Shown: piece after piece, positions 28,942 to 39,973 of the stretch
Numbering within the stretch: the first letter of the stretch is position 1
How the letters are laid out: every line of letters starts with the position of its first letter
Origin: Planctomycetota bacterium
Lineage (GTDB): Bacteria; Planctomycetota; PLA2; JAEUHO01
Direction of reading: 5' to 3'
Assembly (NCBI GenBank): GCA_050248855.1
Contig: JBFWRP010000004.1
Location: forward strand, 142,711 to 206,710
Length of the DNA: 64,000 nucleotides
Notes under the pieces: model-generated
Seen by the model: the letters and a program-made list of their open reading frames with translations, nothing else
Databases searched by the model: none
What the model was told of the DNA's origin: nothing
Translations under genes and position numbers: made by a program

Positions 28942-29130
28942 CTAGCTGCCGCCGACGAGCGGCTGGCTCTTGTCCGCGAACATGCCTGCGCCGTAGTGGT
29001 CCTTGAGGGCCTTCTGGGCCAGGAACACCGACAGCGCGAGCAGGACGAACGTGATGTAGACCAGCGCGTTGCCCAGGCCCTCCTTGGGGGCCGTGGTCTC
29101 GTCGTGGTCCTCGTAGATGTCGCGTGCCAT
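28942..29130 (-). CDS. Small (62 aa) single-pass membrane protein
   Basis: Purine-rich SD-like sequence (GGAGAGAG), one TM helix, host-like codon usage. Confidence 0.75.
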   Translation of the reverse strand: MARDIYEDHDETTAPKEGLGNALVYITFVLLALSVFLAQKALKDHYGAGMFADKSQPLVGGS

Positions 29131-29225
29131 GGGTCTCTCTCCGCGGGGCGCCGGATCTGTCGGGTCAGGGAGGCCACGGGCCGGGGCGACGGGTCCGCCC
29201 GCCGCCCCTACCCCGCGCTCGCCTG

Positions 29226-29297
29226 GCGAGCATGCCTTCTAGCGGGCATGCCTTTCAGCGGGCATGCCTTTCAGCGGGCATGCCTTCTAGCGTGCAT
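29226..29297. repeat. 16-bp tandem repeat, four copies plus a partial, GCG(G/A)GCATGCCTT(CT/TC)A
   Basis: Units start at 29226, 29242, 29258 and 29274, partial at 29290; palindromic GCATGC core. Confidence 0.95.
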
Positions 29298-30126
29298 TGT
29301 GGATGTCGTCGCCGGACTGGATCGGCCCCTTGGCATCACCGACGATGAAGCCGGAGGACTGCTTGGCCTGGACGTCGTCGATCTGGAGATCGCCGAGGTA
29401 CGTGCTGCCGCGCGAGATCATGTAGAGGAAGCCGGGGCGGACACCGTCCTCGGCACCCAGCGAGATCACGATGGCCCGCGGGCCAGCCACGTTCAGGACC
29501 TTGCCGCTGTGCGGGGGCTGCGAGGCGACCTCGACGCCGGGGAACCGCTCGCGGAACACGCGCAGCGAGAACTCCTGGGCGCGGATCTTCTCGTTGGCGT
29601 CCTCGAGCTTGCTCTCGAGGTCCTTGATCTGGGCCTGGGCCCGATCCAGCGCCAGCTCCTTGGCGTTCAGGATCTGGGTGCCCTGGTTGCGGCTCTCCTG
29701 GAGCGAGGCGATCTGCTCACGCTGCGTGGACATCGTCTCCTGCTGCGTGGTGATCAGGTCGCGGTTGGCGTTGAGCGTGTTCGCCATGCGATCCACGGTC
29801 CGCGCCATCACGCTGTGGTTCTCGGCGAGCGTGTTGTAGGCGGCCTGCAGCTGCTGGTTCTCGCTGAGCAGGCGGCCGTTCTCGGTCTCGGCCTTGGCCT
29901 TGGCCGCGTTGGCCGAGCGCAAGTTCGAGTCCGCATTGCGGAGATCGTTCTTGGTCGAGTCCAGCTGCTCGTTGAGGTCTGCCCGAACACGATCGGCGTC
30001 TGCGACGGCCTTGTCGTGCTTGGACTTCCAGGTGTCCTGCTGACCGAGGATGCTCCCGATGCTCGCGAGGAACCCGACTGCAAGCAGCAGGTTCACGACG
30101 ACGAGGATCTTGGCGAGGGTGCTCAT
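29287..30126 (-). CDS. Membrane-anchored long coiled-coil protein with C-terminal small beta domain (FlgT-C-like)
   Basis: N-terminal TM helix, heptad-rich middle, GKVLNV...VISLGAEDGVRPG...ISRG tail. Confidence 0.8.
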   Translation of the reverse strand: MSTLAKILVVVNLLLAVGFLASIGSILGQQDTWKSKHDKAVADADRVRADLNEQLDSTKNDLRNADSNLRSANAAKAKAETENGRLLSENQQLQAAYNTLAENHSVMARTVDRMANTLNANRDLITTQQETMSTQREQIASLQESRNQGTQILNAKELALDRAQAQIKDLESKLEDANEKIRAQEFSLRVFRERFPGVEVASQPPHSGKVLNVAGPRAIVISLGAEDGVRPGFLYMISRGSTYLGDLQIDDVQAKQSSGFIVGDAKGPIQSGDDIHNAR

Positions 30127-30299
30127 GCGACGTCTCCCTGACCGACCCCCTCCCGAGGGGTCCGCCTCCCTGTGGCCCGCATCCTACCCGGAACGGACCG
30201 ACTGCCAGCCCTGTCTTGGCGGCCTTGAACGGCCTCCAGCCCACGCCGGCGCGCCGACACGACCTCCCTGCCTCGGAGGCGTGCCGTCGGTGCGCGGGG

Positions 30300-30328
30300 G
30301 TTGTCCCAAGGCCGCGTAGCGGAGTCAA
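30300..30328 (-). promoter_or_regulatory. Possible sigma70 promoter TTGACT-17-GACAAC
   Basis: Good -35 box with 17-nt spacer; weak -10 box. Confidence 0.35.
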
Positions 30329-30404
30329 ACGTTTTCGTTCCGTCACGGGCGGGATCGGGGGAGCGGAGGGCGCCGCGGCGATCGCCGCTGGTCAAACGCG
30401 CTTA

Positions 30405-32216
30405 CTAGGAGCGAACGCCGCGTCTCCAAGCCCCGAGGGCCAGGAGCAGGAGGCCCGCAGCAAACCAGACCAGGTCCCCCATCCGCACGTAGGGCGTCCG
30501 CTCCGGGTCGGCCACGAGCGGGCCCGTGGCCCAGCCCTCGACGAAGGTGGTGGCCAAGGCCCCCGCGGGAGCTGCCTGGGGGTCCACGCCACGCCGGTAG
30601 AAGCGCCCGTAGAGGCGGCCGACCGGGTCCACGAACACCGTCGGACCCGTGTTGCCGGCCATGACGACCGTCGTGCGCGTCTCCGCCGCGCGCAGCCTCG
30701 CCAGGGCCAGCACCTGGGCGCGGAAGTCGCTCTGCCCGAACCACCCGTAGTTGGCCGGGTTCAGCAGCACGTCGGCGCCGCGCTCCCGCCAGCCTCGGCA
30801 GGTGGCCGGGAACGCGAGGTCGAAGCAGATCACGGAGCCCACGTGCAACACCGCGTGGCCCGGTGGCCGCTCGCCGGTGATCCACGGGGGGCCCAGCTCC
30901 AGGCGAAACGGCGGCTGGTCGGGGTCGCCGGGCTCGAGCTCGGGGATGGCCGCCACGAGGTCGCGCACCCTCTTCAGGAACGGCAGCATGCCGCCGAGCG
31001 GCGTGTACTCGCCGCCGGGCACGAGGTTGACCTTGTCGTGGCGCGCAACCGGCCCAGCCCAAGGGGGGCGCGCCTCGCCCACGGGCGGTCGCGGCAGCGG
31101 CTCCGTGGGCGGAGGCACGCGTGCCGGCCGGACGTGCACGAGGCTGTCGCGCTCGGGCAGCTCGGCGAGCGATCCGCGGGCGCGACCGTCCGGGTGCGGA
31201 TGACGGGAGAGCACGCCGAGGAAGACGTCGAGGTCGCGGGCGCCGGTCACGTCGGTCTGCACGCGGCGTACGACGGACACCTCGTCGCGCCACGCGGGCG
31301 GGTAGCGCGCCTCCAGCCCCTCGGCGAGCCACGTCCACGGCACCATCGTCTCGGGCCAGAGCAGGCCCGCCAGCGGGTTGTCGCCTGCCGCCGCGAGGGC
31401 CTCGCTCGAGATCTCGAGGTGCCGATCGAAGAGCTCGTTGCGCGTCGGCCCTCCGGCGTTCTTCAAGGCCTGCGGGATGTTGGCCTGCACGGCCACGAAG
31501 TCGGCGTCCGACACGAACGCCTCGCCCGACGCGCGTCGCGCGTCGTGCCCTTCGCGGGCGGTGCGCGCCGCGAGCGCGAGCACGAACAGCGCGACGACGG
31601 GGACGAGCGCGCCCACGAGCACGCTGCGCGCCGCGCGACGACGGTCGGCGCCCTCGAAGCGGGCAAGACGGGCCGCCCCATACAGCAGCGCCGAGGTACT
31701 GCCCGCCACGAAGGTGAACGCATAGGCACCCACGAGCCCGGCCGCCGGGACGAGCGCGGCAAGGGCCTGGCCCGCCGGCGCCTCGCTGGCGAAAGCGAGG
31801 GAGCGCAGGGGCCACGGCATGCCGCCCATCCACACGGTGCGCAGCATCTCCTCGAACACGGCCGCCACGCCGACGCCTGCGACGAAGGGCACGCGCAAGC
31901 GCGCCAGCAGGCGGATGGCCAGCCCGAACAGGAGGTACACGGGTCCGAGCACGAAGGCGGCCGCCGGCACCTCGGCGGGATGGACCTCGCCGAGCCATCG
32001 AAGCAGGAGCGCGTAGTGCGCCATGCCGTAGAGCCAGGCCCAGCGCTTCCAGTGCCGTCCGCCGTCGAGGAACAACAGGACCAAGAAGGGCAGGTCAGCC
32101 GCCAAGACCAACGGCGGCAGGGGGCCGGGCGGCGTCGACAAGAGGCCCAGGGCCGCACCCACGCACACGAGGGCGATGCGTACGCCCGGTCCGACCGACG
32201 TGCCCGTCCCCTTCAC
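30405..32216 (-). CDS. lnt: Apolipoprotein N-acyltransferase
   Basis: TM N-terminus, GGMPW, VQANIPQ, WPE (E), KVNLVPGGE (K), ICFD (C), RAAE, NTGPT. Confidence 0.92.
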   Translation of the reverse strand: MKGTGTSVGPGVRIALVCVGAALGLLSTPPGPLPPLVLAADLPFLVLLFLDGGRHWKRWAWLYGMAHYALLLRWLGEVHPAEVPAAAFVLGPVYLLFGLAIRLLARLRVPFVAGVGVAAVFEEMLRTVWMGGMPWPLRSLAFASEAPAGQALAALVPAAGLVGAYAFTFVAGSTSALLYGAARLARFEGADRRRAARSVLVGALVPVVALFVLALAARTAREGHDARRASGEAFVSDADFVAVQANIPQALKNAGGPTRNELFDRHLEISSEALAAAGDNPLAGLLWPETMVPWTWLAEGLEARYPPAWRDEVSVVRRVQTDVTGARDLDVFLGVLSRHPHPDGRARGSLAELPERDSLVHVRPARVPPPTEPLPRPPVGEARPPWAGPVARHDKVNLVPGGEYTPLGGMLPFLKRVRDLVAAIPELEPGDPDQPPFRLELGPPWITGERPPGHAVLHVGSVICFDLAFPATCRGWRERGADVLLNPANYGWFGQSDFRAQVLALARLRAAETRTTVVMAGNTGPTVFVDPVGRLYGRFYRRGVDPQAAPAGALATTFVEGWATGPLVADPERTPYVRMGDLVWFAAGLLLLALGAWRRGVRS

Positions 32217-33448
32217 GATGCAGCTCCGGCAGGGGTCGGAAGCGCGAAGAGGAGCACGTCGACGACGACGCCGCGCGGACCGGGCACGGGCGCGGGCGTG
32301 TCCTCGGGGAGCACGAGCCACGCGGGCGCGTCCGCGAGCGCGAACGGGTCGCCCGAACCGCGCCAGGGCAGGGACGTGGCGACGAGGCCGCCCTGCGCAT
32401 CGACGTGCACCGCAACGGGTCGGAAGCGCCGCCGCGGCATCGGCTTGCCCCAGCTCCCCGCCCACGTCGCCTGCACGCACGCGCGGGGCGCGAAGGGAAG
32501 ACCGCCGAGCGCATCGAGCGCGGGGCGCACGAGCAGCTCGAAGCCGACGCGCGATGCGGCCGGGTTGCCGGGCAAGCCGACCACCAACGTGTCGCCGCGG
32601 ATCCCGCACCACAGCGGCCCGCCCGGCTGCACGGCCCAACGGTGGAAGATCTCGCGCACGCCGAGCCCGGTCAGCAAGGCGGGAACGAGATCGCGATCGC
32701 CCCGGCTGACGCCTCCGGACGTGAGCACCACGTCGGCCCCCTCGAGCGCCGCGGCCAGGGAGGCGCGCAGCGCGTGCTCGTCGTCGGGTGCGATGCCCAG
32801 GTCGCGGGACACGGCACCCGCGTGGGTGGCCAGCGCGGCGAGCAGTGGACCATTCGAGTTGCGGATGCGACCGGGACCCGGTGCCACGTCCACGGCGACC
32901 AGCTCGTCGCCGGTCCCGAGGACCGCCACGCGCGGGCGCGCGAACACGGGCACCTCGGCGAGACCGGCCGTGGCCAGGGCGCCTGGTGCCGCCGCGGAAA
33001 GGCGCGTTCCGGCGGACACCACCACCGCGCCGCGTGCCGCATGCGCCCCCGCCTCCACGACGAACGGGTCGTCGCCCGCCGGGCGCGCGAGCGTGACGGC
33101 GTCGCGACCCTCGTCGGTCCACTCGAAGGGGATGACGCAGGTGGCGCCAGCGGGCAGCGGCGCCCCGGTCATCACCAACGACGCCTCGCCGGGCCCGAGG
33201 CGCGCCCCCGGAGCGTCGCCGGCGCTCACGCGCCCGGTCACGGGCACGGGCACGCCCACGGCGGGCGCCTTGACGAACGCGTAGCCGTCCATCGTGGCGC
33301 GCCGGAAGGGGGGCACGTCGTGGTCCATGCGCACGTCGTCGGCCAGGACGCGGCCGACCGACGCCGTGAGCGGGACGCGCTCGACCGCTCGCCCGCCGCG
33401 CGGCAGGGCGTCGGCGACGCGGCGAAGGGCCTCTTCGAGTCGCAGCAC
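32213..33448 (-). CDS. moeA: Molybdopterin molybdenum/tungsten transferase
   Basis: GRVLADD, PPFRRATMDGYA, MTGAPLP, TGDEL, NSNG, TSGGVS.GDRD, GLPGNP. Confidence 0.95.
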   Translation of the reverse strand: MLRLEEALRRVADALPRGGRAVERVPLTASVGRVLADDVRMDHDVPPFRRATMDGYAFVKAPAVGVPVPVTGRVSAGDAPGARLGPGEASLVMTGAPLPAGATCVIPFEWTDEGRDAVTLARPAGDDPFVVEAGAHAARGAVVVSAGTRLSAAAPGALATAGLAEVPVFARPRVAVLGTGDELVAVDVAPGPGRIRNSNGPLLAALATHAGAVSRDLGIAPDDEHALRASLAAALEGADVVLTSGGVSRGDRDLVPALLTGLGVREIFHRWAVQPGGPLWCGIRGDTLVVGLPGNPAASRVGFELLVRPALDALGGLPFAPRACVQATWAGSWGKPMPRRRFRPVAVHVDAQGGLVATSLPWRGSGDPFALADAPAWLVLPEDTPAPVPGPRGVVVDVLLFALPTPAGAAS

Positions 33449-33455
33449 GGCGCGG

Positions 33456-33461
33456 ATGCTA
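33456..33461 (-). promoter_or_regulatory. -10 box TAGCAT, probable leaderless promoter of moeA
   Basis: TAGCAT-CCGCGCC-GTG(33448). Confidence 0.5.
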
Positions 33462-33549
33462 CCGGCGGCGCGGCGGCCTCGGCCAATCGCCTGGGCGTGG
33501 CCCCCGCCCCGCTATGCTCCGGCCTCGTTCTTTCCCCCGGCGGACCCCG

Positions 33550-34056
33550 ATGAGCGCGCCCGAACTCCCCACCGAGCCCGACCCGGCCGAGGCCCGCACG
33601 CTGCGCGTCGCGATCCTCTTCACGCGCTGGTACCCGGAGGTCGTCGCGGGTCTGCTGCGCGGGGCCCGCACGACGCTCGCCGCGATGGGCGTGCCGGACG
33701 TCGCCGTGCTCGGGATCGAGGTCCCGGGCGCTTACGAGCTGCCGCAAGCCGCGTGCTGGCTGGCACGCGCCGAGGACGTCGACGCCATCGTGGCGCTCGG
33801 CTGCATCGTGCGCGGCGAGACGCCGCACTTCGACCACGTGGCCCGGGCCGCCGTGGACGGGTTGCTCGGTGTGGCGCTCGAGACGGGCGTCCCCGTCGGT
33901 CTGGGCGTGATCACGGCCGAGACCCTGGCCCAGGCGCACGCGCGCAGCGGAGAGACCACCGGCAAGGGCGGCAACAAGGGCCACGAGGCCGCCGACGCCG
34001 CCGTGCGCATGGCGCTCGCCTATCGCGCGCTCGAGGCGCGGAGGCGCCGGTCGTGA
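33550..34056 (+). CDS. ribH: 6,7-dimethyl-8-ribityllumazine synthase
   Basis: VPGAYELP, ALGCIVRGETPHFDHV, GNKGHEAA. Confidence 0.96.
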   Translation: MSAPELPTEPDPAEARTLRVAILFTRWYPEVVAGLLRGARTTLAAMGVPDVAVLGIEVPGAYELPQAACWLARAEDVDAIVALGCIVRGETPHFDHVARAAVDGLLGVALETGVPVGLGVITAETLAQAHARSGETTGKGGNKGHEAADAAVRMALAYRALEARRRRS

Positions 34057-34478
34057 GGGTCCGCACGCGGGCCCGCGAGCTGGCGCTGCAGTTCCTCTTC
34101 CAGCTGGACTTCCACGGACGCACGTACCTGGGCGAGCTGGAGGCCTTCCTCGACGAGGAGCTGGGCGAGCACGCCGACGCGGCCGAGGCCAAGGCCTACG
34201 CGCGTCGCCTCGTGGAAGGCGTGGCCCGCCGGCGCGAGGAGGTCGATGCGCGCATCGTTGCCGCCGCCACCAACTGGGACCTGGGCCGCATGGCGGGGAT
34301 CGACCGCGCCGTGCTTCGGCTGGGTACGTACGAGCTGTTGTTCGCCGACGATGTCCCGCATCGCGTGGCGATCAACGAGGCGATCGAGCTGGCCAAGCGC
34401 TACTCCACGGAGAAGTCCGGCGCGTTCGTGAACGGGATCCTCGACCGCGTGCGCAAGGACGCGGGCGTGGCGCGGTAG
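34053..34478 (+). CDS. nusB: Transcription antitermination factor NusB
   Basis: RTRARELALQFLFQ, IDRAVLRL, VAINEAIELAKRY, FVNGILD. Confidence 0.96.
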   Translation: MRVRTRARELALQFLFQLDFHGRTYLGELEAFLDEELGEHADAAEAKAYARRLVEGVARRREEVDARIVAAATNWDLGRMAGIDRAVLRLGTYELLFADDVPHRVAINEAIELAKRYSTEKSGAFVNGILDRVRKDAGVAR

Positions 34479-34488
34479 GCGGAGACCG

Positions 34489-35400
34489 ATGGGCATCTTC
34501 GACAAGCTGAAGAAGGGACTGTCCAAGACGAGGTCGGGCCTCGTGGGCGGGCTCAAGTCCGTGCTCACGCTGGGCCGCACCGTCGACGAGGAGCTGCTCG
34601 AGGAGCTCGAGGAGACGCTGATCCGTGGCGACTTGGGGCCACGCACCGCACACGAGCTGGTGGAGGCCGCCCGCAAGGGCGCGCGCAAGGGCCGCGTCAA
34701 GACCGCCGAGGACGTGAGGGCCCTGCTGCAGGAAGAAGTCGTCGCGCGGCTCGAGATGGGCGGCATCGCGCTGGCCAAGGTCGAGCAGGGCCCCACCGTC
34801 GTGCTCGTATGCGGCGTCAACGGGGCCGGCAAGACCACGTCGATCGGCAAGCTCACGAAGTGGCTCAAGGACCAGGGCCATCGCGTGGTGCTCGGCGCCG
34901 CGGACACGTTCCGCGCCGCCGCCGTGGAGCAGCTCGTGATCTGGAGCCAGCGCAGCGGCGTCGACATCGTGAAGCAGGACACCGGCGCCAAGCCCGACGC
35001 CGTGGCCTACGACGCCTGCACAGCCGGTCTCGCGCGAGGTGCCGACTACGTGATCATCGACACGGCCGGTCGCCTGCACACGCAAGAGAACCTCATGCAG
35101 GAGCTCGGCAAGATCCGGCGCGTGGTGGGGAAGGCCATTCCCGGTGCGCCGCACGAAGTGCTGCTCGTCCTGGACGCCACCACCGGGCAGAACGCCATCC
35201 GCCAGGCCGAGCTGTTCCACAAGACGGCCGACGTCACGGGGCTCTTCGTGACCAAGCTCGACGGCACCGCCAAGGGGGGGGCCGTCATCGCGGTGCGCGA
35301 TGTCGTGGGCGTGCCCGTCAAGTTCGTCGGTATCGGGGAGGGCATCGAGGACATCCAGCCCTTCGATGCGAAGGCGTTCGCGGCCGCCCTCTTTGCGTAG
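34489..35400 (+). CDS. ftsY: Signal recognition particle receptor FtsY
   Basis: GVNGAGKTTSIGK, DTFRAAA, DTAGR, DATTGQN, TKLDGTAKGG. Confidence 0.97.
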   Translation: MGIFDKLKKGLSKTRSGLVGGLKSVLTLGRTVDEELLEELEETLIRGDLGPRTAHELVEAARKGARKGRVKTAEDVRALLQEEVVARLEMGGIALAKVEQGPTVVLVCGVNGAGKTTSIGKLTKWLKDQGHRVVLGAADTFRAAAVEQLVIWSQRSGVDIVKQDTGAKPDAVAYDACTAGLARGADYVIIDTAGRLHTQENLMQELGKIRRVVGKAIPGAPHEVLLVLDATTGQNAIRQAELFHKTADVTGLFVTKLDGTAKGGAVIAVRDVVGVPVKFVGIGEGIEDIQPFDAKAFAAALFA

Positions 35401-35448
35401 CGCGGGGCCGCGGACCAGATCCGGGGAGTCGCTGTCGTCCAACGCGCC

Positions 35449-38148
35449 ATGAACCCCGCGCCCGCCACGAGCCGCCTGACTGGAGCGCTGGTTGCGCTCG
35501 GGCTCGCCCTGCCCCTCCTCGCCGACGTGCCGGGCGCGTTCACGGGGGGCGACGTCCTCAGGCCGGTGGCGCTCGGCGCGGTGCTCGCCGTGGCCCTGCT
35601 GCTGGCGGGTCTGCAGCTGACGGGGCCCCTGCCGTCCAAGGGCCGCCTGCTGCTCGCGGCCTTGCCCTTGCTCGTGGCAGGCCTGGCCGTTCCGGCGGCG
35701 AGTGGGGAAGGGCTCCTGCCGCTCGCCCGTCGCCTGGCTCCGTGGCTGGCGCTGGCGCTCTTGCCCCTGGTGATGGCGCGCGCCCTGGTGGACGAGCGCG
35801 CGCGAGAGATCGCGGAAGCGGGCGTGCGGGTCGCCGCGGCGCTGGCGATCGCCTGGGTCGCGTTCGACGGGATCGTCGCGCTGCAAGCCTGGACGTCGGG
35901 CGGGCCGTTGCCGCGCGCGGCGGCCGGTCCGTTCGGCCGCCCGGGCGTGGCCGGCCCGGTCGTGGCGGCGCTCGGCCTCGCCGTGCTCGGCGCGCGCCTC
36001 CGGCGCGGCTCGCTCCCGGCTTCGCTCGCGGTGCTCGGCGCGTTCGTGGTGGCACTCGGGCTGACGCGCAGTCGAACCGCGGCCCTGGCGGCCGTGGCGG
36101 GCCTGCTCGTGCTGGTGGCGCTCGCCGCCGCAGGGGAGCACGCGGCGCGCACGCGCCGCCGCGTGGCGGCGCTCGGGATCGCCCTGGGCGCACTCGTCGC
36201 CCTGGTGGTGTCCGGTGCGTTGCCGTCCCCCGGCGGCGACGACACGTTGGAGGTGCGCCGGGGCCTCGTGCGCGCGTCAGCCCAGCTGATCGCGGAACGG
36301 CCGCTCGCGGGCCACGGCTTGGGGCGCTTCGGCGAGGAGATCCTGCGCGTTCGTGATCCGCACGAGGCGCGCCTCGAAGCCGGACGCCGGCCGACGCACG
36401 CGCACGACGACGTCGTGCACGTCACCGTCGAGGGCGGCCTCCTGGCGGGACTCGCGTGGCTGGCGTTCCTCGTCGGCGCCCTCGCCGTGGGCGTGCGCGC
36501 CACGAGGCACGCAACAGGCGTGGACCGCGCCACGGCGGCGGGCTGGACCGCGGCGCTGGTCACGCTGACGGTTGCGGGCCTCGGTGAAGGCACGTGGATC
36601 GACCCCGCTGGCCTGACGGTCGGTTTGATCGCGCTCACCTTCCTCGATGCACGTCGGGCGCAGGTGGCGCCTCCGCCCGGGAGCCGCCTCGCCGTCCGCA
36701 CGCGCCAGGCCGCGTGGGCCCTCGCGCTGGTGGCCCTGGCATGCACCTGGGCGGCGTGGCGGGGCGCGCGCGCCGACCACGCCCTGCTCGCGTGGCGCGT
36801 CGAGCGCGTCGAGCCGCTGCGAGCCGGTGACGGCCGTCGCCTCGACGTGCTCCTGGAGCGCCACGTGCTGGAGACGGCGCTGGCGCTGGACCCGAACGAC
36901 GCGCGCGGCTGGTACGAGCGCGGCGTGCAGGACGCGCGCCAAGGCCGTCGCCCCGCCGCGGCGGAGGCCTTCCGCGCGGCGCTGGCGCGCGACCCCGGCA
37001 TGACCGAGGCACGCCTGGACCTGGCCACGATCTTCGAGATCGAAGACCGGCGCGACGATGCCGTCGCCGTCCTGGAAGAGGCGCGGCGCCTGGACCCGAC
37101 GCGCTTCGACGTGGCCCTTCGCCTGGGTCACTTGGCCCTCGGGCCCGAGCCCGTGCCCGGCGAAGGCGACGGCCAGATCGACCTGGAGACGGTACTGCGT
37201 CGCTACAACGATGCGCAGCGCATCGACCCGCGTCCGATCGCCAACATCGTGGCGCGGGCCCGCTGGTCGCGCCGCCAGGGCGACCTCGTGGGCGCCGCGG
37301 CCGCGCTCGCCGAAGCGAAGGCCGCCGCCGGGGGCGACGTGCGCGCGCTACCGGCCGAGGTGCTCTTCGAGTCGTTCCGCCTGGCGGAGCGCGAGGGCGC
37401 GAGCGAGCCGGTCCTCGTCGGCATCCTGACGTGGGGGCTCCGCCGGCGCCCGTCGCAGGCGGGGAGCTGGAAAGCGGAAGCCGAGCGCTTCCTGGTCGTG
37501 GCGCGCGAACGGGAGGCCGCGGCCAAGGCCGCCCTCGCCCCCGACGACCTGCTGGCCGGTGGCGGGCTCGACCTCGCCAGCGCCGAGCGCGCCTACCGCG
37601 CCGCCACGCTGCGCTTGGCGGGGTTGCTCCTCGCGGGCCTGGACGACCCGGCGCGCGAGCTGGCCGTCGCGCGGGAAGACGCCGAAGCCGGTCGATGGCG
37701 CCCCGCGCTGGCGCGCTACCGCGCGCTCCTGGCCTGGACGCACCTGGGCCCGACCGACGACGAGGTGCCCGTGCTCCTGGCCGCCGTCGCGCAGCGTGGC
37801 GACCTGCTGCTGGAGGCGGCCAAGGTCGCCAGCCGCATCGACGGCCCGCTGGCGCGCACCTACTACGCCCGCGGCCACGCCCTGCTCGGTGCGGAGCTCC
37901 TGGCCTCGGGCGAGCTCGAGCACGCCAAGCGGCTGCTGGAGCGCGCGGTCGAGGACGATCCCGAAGCGGCGGGCGTGCGCTTGGCGTTTGCGCGCGCGCT
38001 CACGCGCCTGGGCGAGCTGGACGATGCCGAGCGGCATCTGCTGACGGCCCTGGCCCAGGACCCCGCGCTGCGCGAAGCCGCCGCGGGCTCCTCCGACCTC
38101 GTGCCCTTGCGCGGTCGTCCGCGGGTGCGGGCGGCCTTGGCGAAGTGA
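35449..38148 (+). CDS. O-antigen ligase / oligosaccharyltransferase-like membrane protein with long C-terminal TPR region
   Basis: Many TMs, GPFGRP, LTRSRTA, RPLAGHGLGRF, HAHDDVVH..EGG; TPR repeats. Confidence 0.8.
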   Translation: MNPAPATSRLTGALVALGLALPLLADVPGAFTGGDVLRPVALGAVLAVALLLAGLQLTGPLPSKGRLLLAALPLLVAGLAVPAASGEGLLPLARRLAPWLALALLPLVMARALVDERAREIAEAGVRVAAALAIAWVAFDGIVALQAWTSGGPLPRAAAGPFGRPGVAGPVVAALGLAVLGARLRRGSLPASLAVLGAFVVALGLTRSRTAALAAVAGLLVLVALAAAGEHAARTRRRVAALGIALGALVALVVSGALPSPGGDDTLEVRRGLVRASAQLIAERPLAGHGLGRFGEEILRVRDPHEARLEAGRRPTHAHDDVVHVTVEGGLLAGLAWLAFLVGALAVGVRATRHATGVDRATAAGWTAALVTLTVAGLGEGTWIDPAGLTVGLIALTFLDARRAQVAPPPGSRLAVRTRQAAWALALVALACTWAAWRGARADHALLAWRVERVEPLRAGDGRRLDVLLERHVLETALALDPNDARGWYERGVQDARQGRRPAAAEAFRAALARDPGMTEARLDLATIFEIEDRRDDAVAVLEEARRLDPTRFDVALRLGHLALGPEPVPGEGDGQIDLETVLRRYNDAQRIDPRPIANIVARARWSRRQGDLVGAAAALAEAKAAAGGDVRALPAEVLFESFRLAEREGASEPVLVGILTWGLRRRPSQAGSWKAEAERFLVVAREREAAAKAALAPDDLLAGGGLDLASAERAYRAATLRLAGLLLAGLDDPARELAVAREDAEAGRWRPALARYRALLAWTHLGPTDDEVPVLLAAVAQRGDLLLEAAKVASRIDGPLARTYYARGHALLGAELLASGELEHAKRLLERAVEDDPEAAGVRLAFARALTRLGELDDAERHLLTALAQDPALREAAAGSSDLVPLRGRPRVRAALAK

Positions 38149-38152
38149 CCGC

Positions 38153-39962
<1,810 letters not shown>

Positions 39963-39973
<11 letters not shown>

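Noticed and set aside
29226..29297. CRISPR array
   Set aside because: The 16-bp units are contiguous with no spacers, and there are no cas genes in the window.
33449..33549. FMN riboswitch before ribH or Moco riboswitch before moeA
   Set aside because: The 100-bp spacer is filled by divergent promoters and lacks the conserved aptamer motifs.
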